Source of the DNA: Malacoraja senta
Taxonomy: Eukaryota
Length of the DNA stretch: 64,000 nucleotides
Assembly (NCBI GenBank): GCA_038087875.1
Contig: CM075987.1
Location: 20,088,001 to 20,152,000, forward strand
Direction of reading: 5' to 3'
Under the pieces are notes generated by a model that ran no database searches, was not told the origin of the DNA, and saw nothing but the letters and a program-made list of their open reading frames with translations. Shown piece by piece: positions 54,601 to 60,600 of this stretch (position 1 is the first letter of the stretch; each line of letters opens with the position of its first letter). A program made the position numbers and the translations under genes.

Positions 54601-57600
54601 CATCCAAATAAATCAATAATATTGTTGTAAGACAGTATAGTACTTTGAAGCCCACCATTGTCTGTTATCCAAGCTATAACCTAGCCTGATTACTGAGACT
54701 TTTTATACGTACCCTTTCGATTTATCAAAAAGCCGTAGCCAGTATCACACTATACATCTCCCTATGTGATTTAATTCAACTTAGTTTGTTTTGTTGAGTA
54801 ACATGGTGTTTTTATCCATATGAAAGTAAGCATGCAGGTATAGCAGGCAGTGAAGAAAGCGAATGGCATGTTGGCCTCCATAACAAGAGGAGTTGAGTAT
54901 AGGAGCAAAGAGGTCCTTCTGCAGTTGTATAGAGCCCTAGTGAGGCCACATCTGGTGTATTGTGTGCAGTTTTGGTCGCCTAATTTGAAGAAGGACATTC
55001 TTGCTATTGAGGGAGTGCAGCGTAGGTTTACAAGGTTAATTCCCGTGATGGCGGGACTGTCATAGTCTGAGAGAATGGAGCTGATGGGCTTGTACACTCT
55101 GGAATTTAGAAGGATGAGAGGGGATCTTATTGAAACATATAAGATTGTTAAGGGTTTGGACACGCTAGAGGCAGGAAACATGTTCTCGATGTTGGGGGAG
55201 TCCAGAACCAGGGGCCACAATTTAAGAATAAGGGGTAAGCCATTTAGGACGGAGATGAGGAAACACTTTTTCACACAGAGTTGTGAGTCTGTGGAATTCT
55301 CTGCCTCAGAGGGCGGTGGAGGTCGGTTCTCTGGATACTTTCAAGAGAGAGCAAGATAGGGCTCTTAAAGATAGTGGAGTCAGGGGATATAGGGAGAAGG
55401 CAGGAACGGGGTAATGATTGGGGATGATCAGCCATGATCACATTGAATGGCGGTGCTGGCTCGAAGGGCCGAATTGCCTACTCCTGCACCTATTGTCTAT
55501 TGTCTATATTCCTACATCATTCTGTGGCCTACGATAATTGAAGAAGTGATAAAACAAAAAGAATATTCAATTTTCAAAACACCTCTGCTTATTCTGTGTG
55601 CTAAAGGAAACATTAATCATTGATCATTCAGTCCCTTAAACCAGCTCTGCCATTCAATTTGACCAAGCGAAGGCTCGGCGATCGTATCGCTGAACACCTC
55701 CGCACAGTCCGCCTTAACCTACCTAATCTCCCGGTTGCTCAGCACTTTAACTACCCCTCCCATTCCCAATCTGACCTTTCTGCCTTGGGCCTCCTCCATT
55801 GTCAGAGTGAGGCCCAGCGCAAATTGGAGGAACAGCACCTCATATTTTGCTTGGGTAGCTTACACCCCAGCGGTATGAACATTGACTTCTCTAACTTCAG
55901 GTAGCCCTTGCTTTCCCTCTCTCTCCATCCTCTCCCCCTTCCCAGTTCTCCCACCAGTCTTACTGTCTCTGACTACATTCTATCTTTGTCCCGCCCACTC
56001 CCCTGACATCAGTCTGAAGAAGGGTCTCGACCAGAAATGTCACCCATTGCTTCTCTCCAGAGATGCTGCATGTCCCGCTGAGTTACTCCAGCATTTTGTG
56101 TCTATCTGCCATTCAATTAATACAAGACTGACCTATGCTTCAAATGCAGTTGTGTCTCAATAACTAACTAAAATCTATTGCTCTATATTTAAGATTTCAA
56201 TTGACTCGACATTCACTCTGATTCCATTTAAAAGATAAAACATATTTGTTATCCATCAAAACTGAAATATTGTCACAATAGTACAAATGTCATATTCACA
56301 AATATTGAGATATTGAACCTAACTTGTTAATTACTCTTTGATTCAAGATAGCATCAAGTCAAATTATGTCACAGATGTTGTATAGGCTGTGATAGTTTTA
56401 ATAAACATATTTCTTTTAACTGTTGTGATTGTTGCAGGGCGAAAGAGGTTTGCGGGGTCAGGCAGGACCACCTGGAATAAAAGGAACCGAAGGAGGGACT
56501 GGACTTCCAGGGAAGAGAGGTGACCCAGGTTCTAAAGGTCAACCGGTCAGTTACACAATTTTTCTTGAATTGTATATTGCAGAGATGATATTAGCTATGT
56601 TCAGCTTATGATGATGGAAAATAAAAGCAGGCTGAGATTTAAGCCTCTTTTAAAGTGATGCCTAAAATTAATTAAGAACTAATTTTAGATTAGGTAGAGA
56701 ATTGGCAAGGAACAATTTAATCAACTATGCTACTAAAATTATCTGTTGATTAACTTTTATGTATGTTTTACTGCATGATTTGGTCAGATATTTTCATGGT
56801 GTTATGTTTTGTCACTACATATCTTACCATTATTACCCATGACCCTCAATGCTCAGCGCCTTGAGCAACTGTACAGACTTCGAGGTACAAGCTGCTCTCT
56901 GTGGGGAATTAACTAGATAAACAAGATTTCCACTCCTGCGGATTTCTATTAAACTCTCTGGGCATGTGTGTGTGCGCATGCAAGAGAATGTGTTTGTGCA
57001 CGCGCCTGCGTGCTTGTGGGCTTTGATGATGTCGGAATCGGGCTCAATTGCAGTGATTGTCAATGGTTGCCAATAAGCAGGAGTTAACAGACCTTAGCAG
57101 CTGACTTTTCAATGTGCTAAAAATAAACTTCAAACTAACTATCTCTTCCAAGCTCATAATATTGTCCCATTGTTTGCATCATCAGCCTTCACTGGCAAAG
57201 CAGCATACAGAACCAAATACAACTTACTGGGAGATATCCATTTACACTGAGTTACATTAAAGTATAACACAGGAACTGACTGGCCCAACTAATCTATGTT
57301 GGTGTTTATGCTCCAGACAATCCTTCTCGCAGCCTATTTCATCCCTTCAATTATTCATATTGTGCAGACTTTCACATCTGCTATAATTGGTTTAACAGTG
57401 ACCCAGGTTAGAAAGAAAAGTTAAGATTCAATGCCCAAATCTGATCATAACTAGTTTTTTTCCTTGGAATTACTCCAGTTTCCATTCACAACTCTGTATA
57501 ATGACCTGGATTTTCTCCAGAAACCACACTATTGATTTTCCAGTTGACTGAGGGTTTTTTTTGCTTACATAATGTTGAATCTAAAATGTCCACCCAGATA

Positions 57601-60600
57601 CTGGTGTTCACATATGATGGAAATATATTATCTAACATGCAAGTTAATTACACTGTAACAATAAGGACTGACTAGGTACTGCTGATAAATGCACTTTGAA
57701 TATTCCATGTAGTTTTGCAAAACTAGTCACAGTTTATCCTGAGGAATATGTAGAAATAATTGAAAAAAACTTTCTCTGTAATGGTTATTACTTCAAAATG
57801 AATTCTGTAAAGATGGATGTGCTTCAGTAAGTCCTCATGGATTATTTCAATATGGGGATTAGTACAGAAGTGTTTAGGATTAGGATGGAATACCTGTGTG
57901 GTTGAAATATTAATAAAACTGAAAAATCTGAATTGTAATGTAGATGCCATGTAATCATTATTTTACAATTTGTTCTGTCAATTAAGGCTATTTAAATATT
58001 TCCATCAATTAATGCTTTTAAATTCTAACATGAAATTGAACCGGTTATTTCTGAATATATTCATCCTATAATCCACTACATTAGTAATCACATATGATCT
58101 TTGCATAACTTATTTGCAAAATAATTAGTTCCCAAGTAAAATGACAAATAAAACATTACGAGAGGACAAACAATGAAGGTTAATAGTCTTCTGTTCAAAA
58201 TCAGCCAAATGTTTGAAATTCAGCATTATATATTCACCCAGTATTACTGAAGTGTCAAGCAAAGCTAATGTTAATAAATTTCAGGTACAATCACATTTTT
58301 ACTGACACCATGCTACTATCGTCCCTGTTAAATCCAACAGTAAATGTCAGAAGCCATGGTCTTTTGACTTTGGAAATGCAGCAACAGATATTGCTGTACA
58401 TTAAAGTATTATTTGTACCCTGTGGTTACCTTAAAATAATCAGGGGTACAAAGAAGTAGAAGTAGAGGAATGTGATCTTACTGAGTCTGTGGGACAGGAT
58501 CCATGAATTGAATTCTTGTTGCAATTGTATTAGAATACAGGACACAAAATGGTATGTTGGTGAGGATGCAAAAGGGTCAAAATCGCTTTACATCTATCCT
58601 ACATCAAATATCGTCATTAAAATTGGCTGTAGGATAGGGTATGTGACAGATGATATGAAACTTACTGTTTGACATCGCTATTGTTCAGTTTTACCCTCAA
58701 CGTAATGGAATCCTCTTATTTAGTACTAACGCAAATGAATTTGTTGATTTCAGGGAGATCCTGGAGAGTCTGGCTTCCCTGGGCTGATGGGAGTGTTTGG
58801 ACCAAAGGTATGGGATCCATGACCATTTTCTGAGATTTATGATCATTTTCAGTTTTCTGTGAACTATTTAGAACCTTGTAAAATTTAATAACATTTAAAT
58901 GGAAAAAAATTCATTGTATTCTCAACCTGCATATTAATCGGAGATTTTATTTTAACAATGATTGATGAATTAATATGTCACTATTATACCAAGAACGTGA
59001 ATTGTTGATAAAATGACTATCATCTTCACATGGGGCTGCTTGCTATATCCTACAAATTACTCATTAGCTACACGGCAAACATTGTCTGTGGCCAATATAA
59101 TATGTGCACCAGATGTCAGATAGGTTTAAATAATTGGACATTAACTTTTTGGTTGTGATTCGTGTAAGCAGATTGTTACATTTAAAATAATTACGTGTGT
59201 AACCAATATTGACATCTTTGTGTAAACATCCTCATATGTTCACATGTTCTTGACCACTAGAGAGTTGTATTGAAATATTTAGCTTTTAGCCATTGTAGTC
59301 ATAATTTTGGTTGCCTTACCTAAGAAAGGATATAGTGATTTTGGAGGCAATCCAGAGGAGATTTGCCACACTTAGGATGGGAGGGTTATCCTATAAAGAG
59401 AGACTGAACATGTTGGGTCTATGTTCAACGAAACTGCATTTCGTTGTCTCTGTACTGTACACTGCACAATGACAATAAAGTTGAATCTGAATCTGAATCT
59501 GAATCTTTAGAAGTCGGAATAGTAAAGGGTGGTCTTATTGAAACACATAAAATATGAAGGGTACATGACAGATATTAATTATAGATGTTTGTACTGGTCT
59601 CAAACAAAGGAACATGGTTGCACAGTAGGGGCTGCACAGTCATTTAAAATCAAGGTGTGTAGAAATTTCTTCTCGCATTGGGTAGTGAATCACTAGAAAT
59701 CTTTGATCTCTTTGGAGATGGATCGTTTGAAGTATTTGAATGGAGATACTGTAGATGCAGTTTTTGAAGATCGAGAAATTCTGGCACAGAAGAGTAGTTT
59801 TGGCCATCTGAGTCACGATTATCTTGAATGGTGGGGGTAGGGAGGGGTCAGGTGGCCCACTCCTGCTTCTATTGTCTTGTGTATCAATTATTTTAAGCAC
59901 TTGAATATACTTTGTGAATCACCCATGAACATTTTTTGGTTATTGTATTTGTATTGTCTCTGGGAAGTTTGAGTGTAACACAGTGCTTTTGATGTTATCA
60001 TGGCAAGTTTTAGTTTAGTTCAGAGATACGGCGCGGAAACAGGCCCTTCAGTCCACTGATTCCGCACCGCACACTAACACTATCCTACACACTGAAGACA
60101 ATTTACATTTATATCAATACCAATTGGTATTAATGGTACCAATACCATTTATACCAAGCCAATTAACCTACAAACCAGTACGTCTATGGAGTGTGGGAAG
60201 AAACTGAAGATCTCGGAGAAAACCCACGCAGGTCACGGGGAGAACGTACAAACTCCTTACCGACAAGCGCCCGTAGTCAGGATCGAACCCGGGTCTCTGG
60301 TGCTGTAAGGCAATACCTCTACCGCTAAATCACTGTGCCACCCAGGCAATGATACACAATTATGCATATGCAGGTGATGATTTTTACATTAATTATATCC
60401 ACGGTTTATTGATAATGTTTATTTTATGGCAATTAACCCGTGCTCTTTTATGATGGTATGTACTAGTACAGCATACCGGCACCTCTACAAAGTTAAAACT
60501 ATGCTTTCAAGTTTTTAGAAATGTTATTATTATAAAAAGATTACTAAAGATTTTAAGAATAAAGTTTATTAATTAAACAAGGCAATAAGGTAATTGTACA

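Noticed and set aside
56516-56524. RGD motif in W15 (also in W9)
   Set aside because: RGD arises readily in Gly-X-Y sequence and is generally cryptic in native helices
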